IMG/VR virus record: IMGVR_UViG_3300033068_001019
Span: 2,391 to 66,390 of that record
Reading direction: 5' to 3' (one strand)
From: a virus
Lineage: Duplodnaviria; Caudoviricetes
Length of the DNA stretch: 64,000 nucleotides
The notes beneath the pieces were generated by a model, which ran no database searches, had not been told where the DNA came from, and was given only the letters and a program-made list of their open reading frames with translations. The translations under genes and the position numbers were made by a program. Shown piece after piece: positions 18,572 through 27,812 of the stretch (positions within the stretch are counted from its first letter, which is position 1; every line of letters begins with the position of its first letter).

Positions 18572-18916
18572 TTACTTGCGCTGGAGCAAGAAGCGCTCGA
18601 TGTCCTGCATGTCCTCCTTCAGTGCGCCGAAGAACGCCTTGGCCGGGCCGACGAACGGTGCGACGAAGCGGATCACCTTCGCGTACACGCGGGCGTACTT
18701 GAAGAAGATCTCGTCGTTGATCTCGATCACGACGTGGCTGGGCCGACCCGACAGGTCTTGGCACACGTCGACCGAGAAGTTCGCCAAGTGGCTGATCGGC
18801 TCGATCTTGCGGGCCTCGTCCGCATCGGCGGTGGTGATGAGCTCGGCCTTGACCAGCTCGCCGACGACGATGTTGGCCACGTCCTGGACGGTGGTGGTGC
18901 TGATGTAGATACGCAT
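18572..18916 (-). CDS. Hypothetical early protein
   Basis: Start MRIYIST with GGAGA upstream. Confidence 0.75.
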   Translation of the reverse strand: MRIYISTTTVQDVANIVVGELVKAELITTADADEARKIEPISHLANFSVDVCQDLSGRPSHVVIEINDEIFFKYARVYAKVIRFVAPFVGPAKAFFGALKEDMQDIERFLLQRK

Positions 18917-18939
18917 GATGGTCTCCGGTGAGTGAAGCA

Positions 18940-18977
18940 AACAAAGGGTGGAGCGCCAGCACCATTGCCGGCGCTCC
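18940..18977 (-). terminator. Possible intrinsic terminator
   Basis: GGAGCGCCGGC-AATGGT-GCTGGCGCTCC followed by ACCCTTTGTTT on the minus strand. Confidence 0.45.
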
Positions 18978-18986
18978 GGGTGAATT

Positions 18987-19403
18987 TCAGGCGGCCGATC
19001 CCTGGGCCGCGGCCTTGAGTTCGGCCATACGCGCCATGACCAAGTCGCGGTCGACGAAGGCGCCTTCCGCCAGGCCGAGTTCGGCGCGCAGCTGCGCCAG
19101 CGCGACGAACCAAAGGTTGGGCTGCGTCTTGACCGGCATGCGGCCGACCTGTGTGCCGCGCGCCTCGTTCGACCGCAGACTGACGACCTCGGCGCGCAGG
19201 GTCTTGAACGCTTCGCTGGCGAGGTTGAGCCGGCCGTTGAGGACGGTGACCGCTTCAGTGAGGCCGGCGACCATCTGGCCGAGCTTGGCAATGGTCTCGG
19301 CATTCGTGACGGCGGCGGCCTCGAGGTCGGCGCGTTGTGCATCGAACGCAGCTTGTTGGGCTGCGAGGGCGGCCTCGAGGGACGCAACAGTGGTCTTGGA
19401 CAT
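18987..19403 (-). CDS. Coiled-coil early protein
   Basis: 138-aa Ala-rich heptads; GGAGA RBS. Confidence 0.75.
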   Translation of the reverse strand: MSKTTVASLEAALAAQQAAFDAQRADLEAAAVTNAETIAKLGQMVAGLTEAVTVLNGRLNLASEAFKTLRAEVVSLRSNEARGTQVGRMPVKTQPNLWFVALAQLRAELGLAEGAFVDRDLVMARMAELKAAAQGSAA

Positions 19404-19471
19404 GGCGGTTCTCCGGGGTGTGTTGGGTGGATCACCGCCGGCCTGCGCCAGCGGTGTGTGCAGGTGGCGGC

Positions 19472-19765
19472 TTACGCCGTGGCCTTGGTGGCCTTGCGGG
19501 TGGTGGCCTCGGCCTGGGCCTGGGTCTTGGCCTCGGCGCGCAGCCTGAGCAGCTCGGCGCGACGGGCCTCGGCCTTGGCCTGCGCCAGCGCGAGGTTGCG
19601 GTCCATCGCTTCGCAGCGGTCTTCCCAGGCGATCACCACACCCTCGCTGAAGCCTTCGCCGATCTCGCCAGTGGCCGCGATAGCCATCTCAGCGCCTTTG
19701 TAGGCCGTGGCTGCGGTCCAGCCGACGACTTTGCCGAGACGGACACCGATTTCCTTTGCAGCCAT
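19472..19765 (-). CDS. Hypothetical early protein
   Basis: Start MAAKEIG with GGAG upstream. Confidence 0.7.
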   Translation of the reverse strand: MAAKEIGVRLGKVVGWTAATAYKGAEMAIAATGEIGEGFSEGVVIAWEDRCEAMDRNLALAQAKAEARRAELLRLRAEAKTQAQAEATTRKATKATA

Positions 19766-20238
19766 GCTGCTCTCCTTCCGCGCCATGTGGGCGCATGCGA
19801 GGACCGGATCAACACGTCCGATCAACTCACACACACCGAATGGGCGGCGCAGCTTGCTGCGACGTAAGACAAGACCAGGACCAGGACGACGAAGCAACGA
19901 GGCAACGACGCAGGCCAGGCGCGCGGCCGGGGTGGGGTGGTGGTGAGCACACCTGACCCGCGAGCACCGCGACGCTGTGCTGCTGCTCTTGCTGTTGCCT
20001 GTGCGTGGTCGGCGACGCAGGCTGCGCCAGCTGACCCTGCACCCGGTGCGTGGTGGGTGGAGCGCTGGGACCCCTATGCCTGGGCGTAAACCGAATCCGA
20101 ACCGGGGGTGCTGTTTGACGCATACCCGTATATGTCTCTACGCCCCCGTCCCCCGCTTCCAAACCCGGAGTACAAAAAAATTTTGCAAAAAAATCCAACG
20201 GGCTAAAATCGCCTCATTTCGTTCAACGACAGACGATC

Positions 20239-20856
20239 ATGCCGGCCGGTTCACCCACCACCAAGTCCACCTCGATCCGCCGCGGCAAGTCCACCGACGC
20301 GGACCGCGGCGCGGCCGTGCGCAAGGCGCCCAACACCGGGACCATGGCAGCCGCCGCCGAGATCGACCCAGACAAGCCACTCACCGAGAAGCAGCGCCTG
20401 TTCGCCGAGAACTACGCCCGGGGCGACTCGATCCCCAACGCCATGGCCCGCGCAGGCTACTCCACCGCGCAGTACAGCCTGGGCTACCGGATGGTGAAGA
20501 TGCCCAACGTCCTGCGGGTCATCGACGAAGAGCGCCACCTCTTCGAAGAGGCCAACGAGATGAGCCGCAAGAAGGTCATGGAGATGCTGATGGAGAGCTA
20601 CGACATGGCCAAGCTGGCCGGCGAGCCCGCCAGCATGGTCTCGGCCGCCCGGGAGATCGGTCGGATGTGCGGCTACTACGAGCCCAAGAAGGTCGACGTG
20701 AACGTCAACGTCCAGAGCGCCGTGGCCATGGGCCGCCTGAGCACCCTGTCGGACGCCGATCTGCTCAAGATGATCGAGTCCTCCGGCGGCACCCCGCTCC
20801 TGACCCCCCTGGACGGCCTGGAGCAGGCCCTGGGGGACGAGATCGACGGCGCCTGA
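20239..20856 (+). CDS. terS: Terminase small subunit
   Basis: LTEKQRLFAENY...AMARAGYS HTH pattern; first gene of the structural arm. Confidence 0.8.
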   Translation: MPAGSPTTKSTSIRRGKSTDADRGAAVRKAPNTGTMAAAAEIDPDKPLTEKQRLFAENYARGDSIPNAMARAGYSTAQYSLGYRMVKMPNVLRVIDEERHLFEEANEMSRKKVMEMLMESYDMAKLAGEPASMVSAAREIGRMCGYYEPKKVDVNVNVQSAVAMGRLSTLSDADLLKMIESSGGTPLLTPLDGLEQALGDEIDGA

Positions 20857-20939
20857 GCCCTACCCAGCCACCAACCCCGAAAACGCCTCCTACGCCCTCC
20901 CTCAACCCCCTGCAGAAGGCCTCGGCCGGAAGGACCACC

Positions 20940-21224
20940 ATGATCCGCGGAACCGATGGCCTCGACTACCAAGACCTCACGGAAAGACTCCTCGGCAACC
21001 CCGCCGACACGCCGAGGAACGCGTGGGTCGTCCACCTCCGCAAGCCCCAGCAAAGCCCGGGGACCCTCCAAGCGGTCATCGACCTCCCCTTCGACGCCAG
21101 CGTCGACGACTGCATCAAAGCCGTCAACCGCCACCGAGCCCAGGCCCACCTCCGAGCCTACGCCGGCAAGCGCGCCAGCACCCTCATCGTCGACGAGTTC
21201 GGGCTCCCCACCCAGCCCACCTAA
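20940..21224 (+). CDS. 94-aa protein overlapping the TerL N-terminal frame
   Basis: AAGGA RBS and strong C3 codon bias. Confidence 0.65.
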   Translation: MIRGTDGLDYQDLTERLLGNPADTPRNAWVVHLRKPQQSPGTLQAVIDLPFDASVDDCIKAVNRHRAQAHLRAYAGKRASTLIVDEFGLPTQPT

Positions 21225-22842
21225 CCCCCTCGCGCTGGCCCAGAAGGAGCTGGCCGAGCGGGTGCTGTGCAAGCGCCGGCTGATCCCCTTCACCCAGCGC
21301 ATCAACCCGCGCTACGACGCCGGCTGGGTCCACCGCGACATCGCGCGCCGGCTCGAGAAGTTCAGCGACGACGTGGCCAAGGGCCTGTCCCCCCGGCTGA
21401 TGATCCTGATGCCGCCGCGCCACGGCAAGAGCGAGCTGGCCAGCCGCATGTTCCCGGCCTGGCACCTGGGGCGCAACCCCGACCACGAAATGATCGCCTG
21501 CTCGTACAACGTGAGCCTGGCGATGAGCTTCTCCCGCAAGGTCAAGGAGGTGCTGAACGACCCGAGCTACCAGAGCGTGTTCGAGGCCCGCCTGCACCCC
21601 GACTTCCAGGCCAACGAGGAGTGGGGCCTTCAGGGCACGCGTGGCGGCTACGTGGCGGCCGGCGTCGGTGGCGGTATCACCGGCAAGGGCGCACACGTCC
21701 TGCTGATCGACGACCCGATCAAGAACGCCGAGGAGGCCGACAGCGCCGAGACGCGCGAGAAGCTCTGGGACTGGTACGGCTCGACCGCCTACACCCGCTT
21801 GGCGCCCGGCGGCGGCGTGCTGGTGATCCAGACCTGGTGGCACGACGACGACCTCGCCGGCCGGCTGCAGGTGGCCATGGCCGAGGACCCCGACGCCGAC
21901 CAGTTCGAGCTCGTGAAGTACCCGGCGATCGCCGAGAGCGACGAGTTCCTGAACCTCGACACGGACCTGATCGAGTACGACGTGGCTCCGTTGGCCGACC
22001 TCTACGACCCGAAGCACCCCAGCACCACGCCACCGCACGGCGCCGAGTTCACCTGCGCCAGCACCGGCACTCGCTACCGCTTCCTGCGCGCCAAGGGCCG
22101 CGCGCTGCACCCCGAGCGCTACGACCTGGTCAAGCTCAACCGGATCAAGAAGACGATCCCGGCGCGCTTCTGGGCCGCGCTGTACCAGCAGAACCCGGTG
22201 CCGGACGACGGGGCGTTCTTCCTGAAGGAGCAGTTCCGCCGCGCGCCGCTACCGCGCCTGACCACCTCCAACGTGTTCGTCGCGGTGGACTTCGCCATCA
22301 GCGAGAAGAAGCAGAACGACTACACCGTGATCGCCGTCGGCCTGCAGGATGAGGACGACATGCTGCACGTCGCCGAGGTCATCCGGTTCAAGTCCGGCGA
22401 CGGCATGTTCATCGTCGAGAGCATCCTCAACGCTTGCAAGCGGTGGCATAATCCGAGCCTAGTGCTCGGGTTCGAGGACGGGCAGATCTTCCGCGCTATC
22501 GAAACGCTTCTGAAGAAGCGCATGAGGGAGCGGAGGTTCTACCCCTCGACCCAGCTCTTGAAACCCATCACCGACAAGCTGGCCCGCGCAAGACCTTTGC
22601 AAGGGCGGATGCAGCAGGGGATGGTGAGCTTCGCTGATGGTGCTGAGTGGTTCGACGCCGCTCGCACGGAGATGCTTCGGTTTCCGGCCGGTGTGCATGA
22701 CGACCAAGTCGACGCGCTGGCCTGGATGGCGACCATGGCGGTGGGCCGCGAGCCCCCGCGCATCAAACAGGCGAAGGCTCAGAAGTCATGGAAAGACAAG
22801 CTCAGAGGATATGGCGGGACGGTCGGGCACATGGCGGCCTGA
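20956..22842 (+). CDS. terL: Terminase large subunit (start uncertain)
   Basis: PPRHGKS Walker A, LLIDDPIK Walker B, VDFA and HDDQVDAL nuclease motifs. Confidence 0.93.
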   Translation: MASTTKTSRKDSSATPPTRRGTRGSSTSASPSKARGPSKRSSTSPSTPASTTASKPSTATEPRPTSEPTPASAPAPSSSTSSGSPPSPPNPLALAQKELAERVLCKRRLIPFTQRINPRYDAGWVHRDIARRLEKFSDDVAKGLSPRLMILMPPRHGKSELASRMFPAWHLGRNPDHEMIACSYNVSLAMSFSRKVKEVLNDPSYQSVFEARLHPDFQANEEWGLQGTRGGYVAAGVGGGITGKGAHVLLIDDPIKNAEEADSAETREKLWDWYGSTAYTRLAPGGGVLVIQTWWHDDDLAGRLQVAMAEDPDADQFELVKYPAIAESDEFLNLDTDLIEYDVAPLADLYDPKHPSTTPPHGAEFTCASTGTRYRFLRAKGRALHPERYDLVKLNRIKKTIPARFWAALYQQNPVPDDGAFFLKEQFRRAPLPRLTTSNVFVAVDFAISEKKQNDYTVIAVGLQDEDDMLHVAEVIRFKSGDGMFIVESILNACKRWHNPSLVLGFEDGQIFRAIETLLKKRMRERRFYPSTQLLKPITDKLARARPLQGRMQQGMVSFADGAEWFDAARTEMLRFPAGVHDDQVDALAWMATMAVGREPPRIKQAKAQKSWKDKLRGYGGTVGHMAA

Positions 22843-22873
22843 CCGGGGGCAGCGGCTACGCTGGGAGCCGGCC

Positions 22874-23227
22874 ATGAGCTGCCCCCGCTTCATCGCCGAG
22901 AGCATGGCCCTGCGCACCGCCGCGCACCTGGCCCACCTCACCACCACCTCTTACGCCCAACACGTTGCTCTGAGCGACTTCTATTCGTCCCTCGTCGAAC
23001 TAGCTGACAGCTACGCCGAGGTCTACATGGGCCTCAATGCCCGCATCGAGAGCTTCCCCGTCGTGCAGACCCCGCGCGGCGACATCGTCTCCAACCTGGA
23101 AGACTACCTCGAGGTCGTGCGCGATGAGCAGAAGGAAGACCATGGCTCCGAGGCCCTGAAGAACATCCTCGCCGAGGTCGAAGAGCTGACGGCTCGGACT
23201 CTTTACAAGCTCCGAAACCTGAAGTAG
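22874..23227 (+). CDS. DUF5856 / ferritin-like four-helix protein
   Basis: HLTTTSYAQHVALSDFY...DSYAEVYMG...ILAEVEELTARTLYKL pattern. Confidence 0.7.
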   Translation: MSCPRFIAESMALRTAAHLAHLTTTSYAQHVALSDFYSSLVELADSYAEVYMGLNARIESFPVVQTPRGDIVSNLEDYLEVVRDEQKEDHGSEALKNILAEVEELTARTLYKLRNLK

Positions 23228-23234
23228 GCCCATC

Positions 23235-25388
23235 ATGCCCATCGACACCAAGATCGCCACCAAGCAGTGGGTCCGGTACGCCTGGGCCCGAGACAATGGC
23301 CATGCCAAGTACGTCGAGAAGGCTGAGAAATGCGACGCCTTCTTTCGCGGCGACCAGTGGGACCGGGCTGACAAGATTGCCCTCGAACGCGTGCGCCGCC
23401 CGGCCATGACGATCAACAAGATCCTCTCGACCATCAGCAACGTGATGGGCGAGCAGATCTTCAACCGCGCCGAGGTGAGCTTCCGCCCGCGCAGCGGCTC
23501 GCCGGCCGAGACCGCTGAGATCCTGACCAAGGTCTTCAAGCAGATCAGCGACAACAACCAGCTCGACTGGAAGCGCAGCGATATGTTCGCCGACGGCATC
23601 ATCACCAGCCGTGGCTTCCTGGACGTGCGGATCGACCACAGCGACTCGATGCAGGGCGAGGTCCGCATCGAGAGCCTGAACCCGAAGAACGTCATCATCG
23701 ACCCGGACGGCGAGGAGTACGACCCCGACACCTGGGGCGAGGTCTTCACGACAAAGTGGGTCACGGCCGACGACATCGCGGTGCTCTACAACGAGGAAGA
23801 CGCCGAGCTGCTGCGCAACCGCGAGCAGAGCTACTTCCCCTACGGCTACGACTCGATCCAGGCCTATCGCGACCGCTTCGGCGACCGCTTCAACCCGATG
23901 TACACGGGCGACTACGACAACAGCAACGTGATGCGCAACATCCGGCTGATCGAGCGCCAGTATCGCGAGCTCGACCGCCAGAAGCACTTCGTGAGCCCTG
24001 AAACGGGTGACATGCGCGCCATCCCGGCGGACTTCGACCGCGACCGTATTTCGTTGTTCGTCGAACGGTTCGGCTTCCAGGTCACGACGAAGCTGGTGCG
24101 CCGCATCAAGTGGACGGTGATCGCCGACAACTGCGTGCTGCACGACGACTGGAGCCCCTATAAGCACTTCACGGTCGTGCCCTACTTCCCGCACTTCCGC
24201 CGTGGCACCACGATCGGCCTGGTCGAGAACCTGACCGGTCCGCAGGAGGTGCTGAACAAGGTCACGAGCCAGGAGCTGCACATCGTCAACACGACGGCCA
24301 ACAGCGGCTGGAAGGTCAAGGCCGGCGGCCTGGTCAACATGACGGTCGAGGAGCTGGAAGAGAAGGGCGCCCAGACCGGCCTGGTGGTCGAGGTCACGGA
24401 CCTGGATGCCATCGAGAAGATCCAGCCCAACCAGACCCCGCAGGGTCTGGACCGCGTCAGCTACAAGGCCGAGGAGAGCATCAAGACGATCTCCGGCGTG
24501 TCCGACTCGATGCAGGGCTTCGACCGCGAGGACGTGGCCGCCAAGGCGATCGAGAAGAAGCGCCAGGCCGGCAGCACGAACCTGGCCAAGCCGCTGGACA
24601 ACCTCACCCGCACCGACTTCATCCTGGCGCGCAACGTGCTGGATCTGGTCCAGACTTTCTACACCGAGGAGCGCATCCTCACCATCACCCACGACCAGGT
24701 GACGGGCGACACCGAGGACTTCACGATCAACCAGGTCACGCCCGAAGGCACCGTGGTCAACGACCTGACCGTCGGCGAGTACGGCGTGGTCGTCACTTCG
24801 GTGCCGGTGCGCGAGACGCTGGAGGACAGCCAGTTCGAGCAGGCCGTGGCCCTGCGCGAACTGGGCGTGGCCATCCCCGACGCCGTGCTGATCGACTCCA
24901 GCCGCCTGATGAACAAGAAGGACATCATCCGCGAGATGCAGGGCAGCCAGGACACCCCGGAGGCGCAGGCCCAGCGCGAGCTGCAGCAGCGCGCGCAGCA
25001 GGCCGAGGTGTCCAAAGCCGAAGGCGAAGCCGCCCAGAAGCACGCCGACGCGCAACTCAAGCAGGCCAAGGTCCAGGAGACCATGGTCAACACCCAGATC
25101 GCTGCCCAGGGCGAGCCGGACGACGGCTCCGGGCAGGCGAAGATGGCCGAGGCCGAGATCAAGGCTGGCCAGGCAGAGCATGAAGCGTCCCTGAAGGAGC
25201 GCGAATTTGAGCGTGACACACAGCTCGCGATGATGGAGTTCGGGCTCAAGCGCGAACAACAGCAGAACGAGCTGCGCCTCAAAGCGCACCAGATGGCCGC
25301 GGACCGAGCAGACCGCCGCGCACAGATGACAGCCCAAGCAGCGGCGGCTGCACAGCAACCGCAACAACCCGCGAAAGGCAACCCATGA
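23235..25388 (+). CDS. Portal protein
   Basis: 717 aa after TerL; FFRGDQW, RPAMTINKI; helical C-terminal barrel typical of podoviruses. Confidence 0.88.
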   Translation: MPIDTKIATKQWVRYAWARDNGHAKYVEKAEKCDAFFRGDQWDRADKIALERVRRPAMTINKILSTISNVMGEQIFNRAEVSFRPRSGSPAETAEILTKVFKQISDNNQLDWKRSDMFADGIITSRGFLDVRIDHSDSMQGEVRIESLNPKNVIIDPDGEEYDPDTWGEVFTTKWVTADDIAVLYNEEDAELLRNREQSYFPYGYDSIQAYRDRFGDRFNPMYTGDYDNSNVMRNIRLIERQYRELDRQKHFVSPETGDMRAIPADFDRDRISLFVERFGFQVTTKLVRRIKWTVIADNCVLHDDWSPYKHFTVVPYFPHFRRGTTIGLVENLTGPQEVLNKVTSQELHIVNTTANSGWKVKAGGLVNMTVEELEEKGAQTGLVVEVTDLDAIEKIQPNQTPQGLDRVSYKAEESIKTISGVSDSMQGFDREDVAAKAIEKKRQAGSTNLAKPLDNLTRTDFILARNVLDLVQTFYTEERILTITHDQVTGDTEDFTINQVTPEGTVVNDLTVGEYGVVVTSVPVRETLEDSQFEQAVALRELGVAIPDAVLIDSSRLMNKKDIIREMQGSQDTPEAQAQRELQQRAQQAEVSKAEGEAAQKHADAQLKQAKVQETMVNTQIAAQGEPDDGSGQAKMAEAEIKAGQAEHEASLKEREFERDTQLAMMEFGLKREQQQNELRLKAHQMAADRADRRAQMTAQAAAAAQQPQQPAKGNP

Positions 25389-26443
25389 ACCCGCTCCTGA
25401 AAGCCCTGATGCGCCGCCTGCAAGCCCCGATGGACGGCGACGGCAACGACCTGGGGGGTGGCACACCCCCCGACCGTGGCGACGACTTCACCCCCACCGA
25501 CGACGAGCCGGCTACCAAGACGCCCGAACCCAAGCCGGCCGCCGCGAAGCCGGGCGAGGCCAGCGACCCCGATGCTGACCCCGATGCTGACCCCGATGCC
25601 GACCCCGACGCCAGCGGCGACCCCGACCCCGATGCGGACCCCGACGCCGAGGCAAAGGCCAAGGACGAACCCAAGAAGAAGGACCAGCGCATCCCGCTGT
25701 CCCGCCACAAGGAAATGCTCGAGAAGGAGCGCGCCAAGCGCGCCGAACTCGAGCAGAAGCTGCAGCAGTACCAGCGCGGCAGCGACGTGGCCGAACTCAA
25801 CGAGAACATCACCAAGGCCGAGGAGCGCATCCTCGGCATGGAGAAGGAGTACGCCAAGCTCCTCGCCGATGGTGAAGTCGAGAAGGCCACGACCCTGATG
25901 GGCCAGATCCGCCAGATCGAGCGCCAGATGTCCGAGGCCAAGAGCGACATGAAGATCGCCGCCGCCGAGGCGCGCGCAACCGAGCGGGCGCGCTACAACA
26001 TCGCGCTCGAGCGCATCGAGAAGGCTTACCCGCAGCTCGACCCCAACGGCGACGAGTACGACGCCGAGCTGATGCAGGATGTCGTGGACCTGAAGGCGTC
26101 TTACGAGGCACGTCGTGGTCTGACCCCGACCGACGCCATGCAGAAGGCTGTCGAGAAGCTGGTCGGCGCGCGCACCGCGACACAGAAGAAGGTCCTCGAC
26201 ACCACGCCGCGCGTCACCGAGAAGGACGTGGCGGAGGAAGTCAAGGCTGAGCGCAAGAAGGAAGCCGTCAAGAAGACCCTCGAGGCCGTGGGCAAGCAGC
26301 CGCCCAGCGCCGCCAAAGTGGGCCTGGACAGCGACAAGGCTGGCGGCGCCCTCACGCCGAAGGACGTGCTGAAGCTCAGCCAGGACGACTTCAGCAAGCT
26401 CAGCGACGAGATGCTCGCCCGCCTGCGCGGCGATGAACTGTGA
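25385..26443 (+). CDS. Scaffolding protein
   Basis: Acidic DPDA repeats, RIPLSRHKE, coiled coils; sits between portal and capsid. Confidence 0.75.
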   Translation: MNPLLKALMRRLQAPMDGDGNDLGGGTPPDRGDDFTPTDDEPATKTPEPKPAAAKPGEASDPDADPDADPDADPDASGDPDPDADPDAEAKAKDEPKKKDQRIPLSRHKEMLEKERAKRAELEQKLQQYQRGSDVAELNENITKAEERILGMEKEYAKLLADGEVEKATTLMGQIRQIERQMSEAKSDMKIAAAEARATERARYNIALERIEKAYPQLDPNGDEYDAELMQDVVDLKASYEARRGLTPTDAMQKAVEKLVGARTATQKKVLDTTPRVTEKDVAEEVKAERKKEAVKKTLEAVGKQPPSAAKVGLDSDKAGGALTPKDVLKLSQDDFSKLSDEMLARLRGDEL

Positions 26444-26802
26444 AGGACACGACCATGATGCACATACCTTCTCCCTTGCCCAAGACCACCGACGAGTGGC
26501 TGGAGCTCAAGATCCAGGCCAAGGGTCTGAACGCACCGCGCGTGACCCCGGCCGACCTCGACGCCAACATCGTCCACACCGAGATTGTCAAGCACGTCAG
26601 CCACAGCGGTCAGGTGCTGCGCTGGGCGGTGCTGACGACGCGCAATGGGTTTGCCGTCACCGGCCGCCCATCCGCAAGCGTATCTGCGGAGAACGACGAC
26701 GCCGAGACCGGCGAAGAAGTGGCGATCGAGAATGCCCGCAACGAGCTCTGGCCCCTCATGGGCTACGAACTGCGCAGCAAGCTGCACCAGGAGCAAGCAT
26801 GA
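26440..26802 (+). CDS. N4 gp49/Sf6 gp66-family protein (Acb4-like sponge candidate)
   Basis: RVTPADLDANI...LTTRNGFAVTG..SASVSAENDDAETGEEVAIENARNELWPLMGYELR. Confidence 0.75.
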   Translation: MKDTTMMHIPSPLPKTTDEWLELKIQAKGLNAPRVTPADLDANIVHTEIVKHVSHSGQVLRWAVLTTRNGFAVTGRPSASVSAENDDAETGEEVAIENARNELWPLMGYELRSKLHQEQA

Positions 26803-27233
26803 ACCACTACATCGGCACCAAGATCGTTCGCGCGGAGCCCATGACGCGCCAGACCTACAACGACTTCCGCGGCTGGACGCTGCCGGCCGACGAGGACGGC
26901 GCGGACGAGGGCTACCTCGTTGAGTACCTCGACGGCGGCAAGCCGAACGTCCCGACCCACGCCGGCTACGTCAGCTGGAGTCCGAAGGCACAGTTCGACA
27001 ACACTTACCGCGTGCTCGGCAGCCTGACTTTCGGCATGGCTCTCGAGATGCTCAAGAAGGGCCGTCGCGTCGCACGCGCCGGCTGGAACGGCGCCGGCCA
27101 GTTCGTCTTCCTGATGCCCGCCATGTCGCCGTACCGCGCTTACCTGGCGCTGAAGACGGCACAGGGCGACATCGCCACCTGGGCGCCCAGCTGCAGCGAT
27201 GCACTGGCCGAGGACTGGACCATCGTGGAGTGA
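26799..27233 (+). CDS. tad2: DUF2829 / Tad2-like protein with an extra N-terminal YIGTK domain
   Basis: LTFGMALEMLKKGRRVARAGWNGAGQFV...WAPSCSDALAEDW. Confidence 0.8.
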   Translation: MNHYIGTKIVRAEPMTRQTYNDFRGWTLPADEDGADEGYLVEYLDGGKPNVPTHAGYVSWSPKAQFDNTYRVLGSLTFGMALEMLKKGRRVARAGWNGAGQFVFLMPAMSPYRAYLALKTAQGDIATWAPSCSDALAEDWTIVE

Positions 27234-27237
27234 CGCC

Positions 27238-27459
27238 ATGAGCCAGTACCAACCCCACGAACAGCGCGTGATCGACGAGAAAGCCGATCTTGACGCTCGC
27301 GCCGCCAAGCTGGCGGTGTTCCTGAATGGCGAGGTCTTCGCCGGCCTACCGCTGGTGGACCAGCAGCTCCTGGCGCTCCAGCACGATGCCATGGGTGCCT
27401 ACAGCTACATCCTGGGCGAGCGCATCGCGCGCTTCAAGCCCGTCGAGGTGCAGCCGTGA
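27238..27459 (+). CDS. crAss001_48-related helical hairpin protein
   Basis: PHEQRVIDEKADLDAR..KL..F...Q..AM..YS.ILGERIARF. Confidence 0.7.
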   Translation: MSQYQPHEQRVIDEKADLDARAAKLAVFLNGEVFAGLPLVDQQLLALQHDAMGAYSYILGERIARFKPVEVQP

Positions 27460-27695
27460 ACGCCTTCGACTCCGCCCTCATACCCTCCGAGGCCGACGAT
27501 CCGAACGTCTGGCGTCTTCGGGGCCGGATCTCCGAGATCACGCAGGCGATCGACAAGGAGAACGCCACGCTGAGCAACCTCAATGAGGAGGCCACGCGCC
27601 TCGAGAACAAGCGGCGCTGGGTCCGCGAGGCGGTTGGAGCCCTGGAACTCGAGAAGTCGCTGCTCCAGGCCTGGATCAACACCACCCAGAAATAA
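27456..27695 (+). CDS. Coiled-coil hypothetical protein
   Basis: 79 aa; GTGA overlap with the upstream gene. Confidence 0.7.
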   Translation: MNAFDSALIPSEADDPNVWRLRGRISEITQAIDKENATLSNLNEEATRLENKRRWVREAVGALELEKSLLQAWINTTQK

Positions 27696-27722
27696 CGGCT
27701 TGCCATGGGTCGTTGCGGCCCT

Positions 27723-27767
27723 TGACCTCGTTTGTCGTTCGACGAACGAGGTCTTTTTTCGTACACT
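27723..27767 (+). repeat. 45-bp terminator/promoter/operator unit, copy 1
   Basis: GACCTCGTT...AACGAGGTC stem plus T6; TCGACG-17-TACACT; 41/45 identical to 28243-28287. Confidence 0.85.
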
Positions 27768-27812
27768 TGCCGAGGCGCCGCCGGCGCCACCCAACCAACC
27801 ACCGAGGTAACT

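Noticed and set aside
660-19900. Long plus-strand ORFs (e.g. 660-2159, 3285-4568, 5524-6831, 10947-12245, 13069-14745)
   Set aside because: Antisense shadows of motif-bearing minus-strand genes, expected in high-GC DNA; no motifs or RBS.
22985-23002. TCGTCCCTCGTCGAACTA as another operator copy
   Set aside because: Too many mismatches and located in coding sequence; could be chance.
25563-25650. 12-bp GACCCCGATGCN repeats as a CRISPR or cis element
   Set aside because: In-frame DPDA repeats of the scaffold linker; no spacers.
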